A stretch of 64,000 nucleotides of DNA from NCBI GenBank assembly GCA_028534125.1, contig CM052832.1, positions 17,486,001 through 17,550,000 on the forward strand, read 5' to 3'. The notes beneath the pieces were generated by a model that was not told the DNA's origin, did not search any database, and saw only the letters and a program-made list of their open reading frames with translations. Position 1 is the stretch's first letter; every line of letters starts with the position of its first letter. Below, piece by piece: positions 62,886-64,000 of this stretch. Position numbers and translations under genes: made by a program. Origin of the DNA: Lama glama (taxonomy: Eukaryota).

Positions 62886-64000
62886 TATTGGGTTCATGCG
62901 AAGTTTAAAATGGTACATATAATAGGGTTATATCATAAATATAATACAAAGACTGGTAGCTGTCATACGATCATGTCCCCTCTCTGAAAAAAAAAAGGGG
63001 TACTGAGATCTGAGTCAGCAGCTGTTGCATGATTGGGTGTGGAATTTATTGCAGTGGCAAGAAAGGCAAATACTAGAGACAATTATACTAGCACAGAGCT
63101 GAGGGAGTATGAATGCAAAAGACAATGCAGGCATCTAGATGACAACCCTTTCCTAGTGACTTTCTTAGGCTAATGCTCCCAAATGTTTGGATTAATGTGT
63201 GCGCATTGACGTGCATGGCTGTATGGACACACAGGGAGGGTTCCTGCCCTAGAGTCAGCCTCCTTCTCTACAAGGAGAGTGAAGGGGAAGCTATTGCCTG
63301 GTATCCTAGTGACAGAACTCACAGACTTAGGAAATGATAAAAGAATTCTTTTGCCTCACTCTCCCCACAGGCACTCACCCACAAGCATTTCCTTCACTGC
63401 TTGGGGCAGACATTCATGGACTAAGATCCCCTGAAGCCCACTTAAATCAATCTAAAATTCTGTACTTTTTCTCTACATCTCCAGGAATCCTTCTCCTCAA
63501 ATAACAACATTTTAGCTTTTTGCTAAAAGATCCTGTCTTCCTTTTTCCTTGGCATGCTTGTGGGTAGGAAGTCTGTTTCCTTTGTTTCCTATTTTATATA
63601 GAGACAAGAAGAAAGTGGTATTGGAAACTATATACGATATCTTGTAATAACCAATAATGGAAAAGAATCTGAAAAAGAATATATGTGTATATATTCTGAA
63701 ACTAACACAACATTATGAATCAGCTATACTTCAATAAACATTTTCTTTAATTTAAAAAAGAAGAAAGAGATATCAAGGATGAGTCTTGTAGGTACCAGTG
63801 AGCCCCCACTGGCAAAGCTCTAGGAAGTAAATTCAATGGGATTGAGAGGAGGAGTAAGTTCTGGCTCTGGGGGAATGAAATGACAGTGTAAGAATATACA
63901 GATGAGAAATTTATGTAAGACACAAGTTTTACATAAATGAGTAAGAGAAAGTTATGAGAAAATCTGGCAAAATCTGTTAAGATTTTAGAAGGGCTGGGAC

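Overview
Mammalian genomic DNA, most likely a camelid (alpaca/llama/camel): it carries repeated short tRNA-Ala-derived Vic-1-like SINEs and cetartiodactyl-type L1 3' ends. Gene order matches the extended MHC class I tRNA cluster: tRNA-Ser(GCT), tRNA-Gln(TTG), the complete 4-coding-exon SCAND3/ZBED9 gene (+; SCAN domain fused to an integrase-like domain and a hAT/Buster transposase; 1326 aa when spliced), tRNA-Thr(TGT), tRNA-Arg(TCG), intron-containing tRNA-Ile(TAT), the complete 5-exon Cys-type GPX5 gene (-; 221 aa) and coding exon 1 of GPX6 (+), head-to-head with GPX5. The rest is mostly interspersed repeats (L1, L2, MIR, MaLR/ERV LTRs, Tigger and hAT fossils). I see no wholly new gene system. 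The best leads are a degenerate SECIS-like element in the GPX5 3' UTR, loss of the catalytic Glu in the SCAND3 integrase domain while the hAT triad is intact, remnants of both donor transposons around the SCAND3 exons, a hairpin in the probable read-through trailer of tRNA-Ser, and retained non-coding homology between GPX5 and GPX6. Repeat family names and comparisons with human sequences come from memory and need database confirmation.
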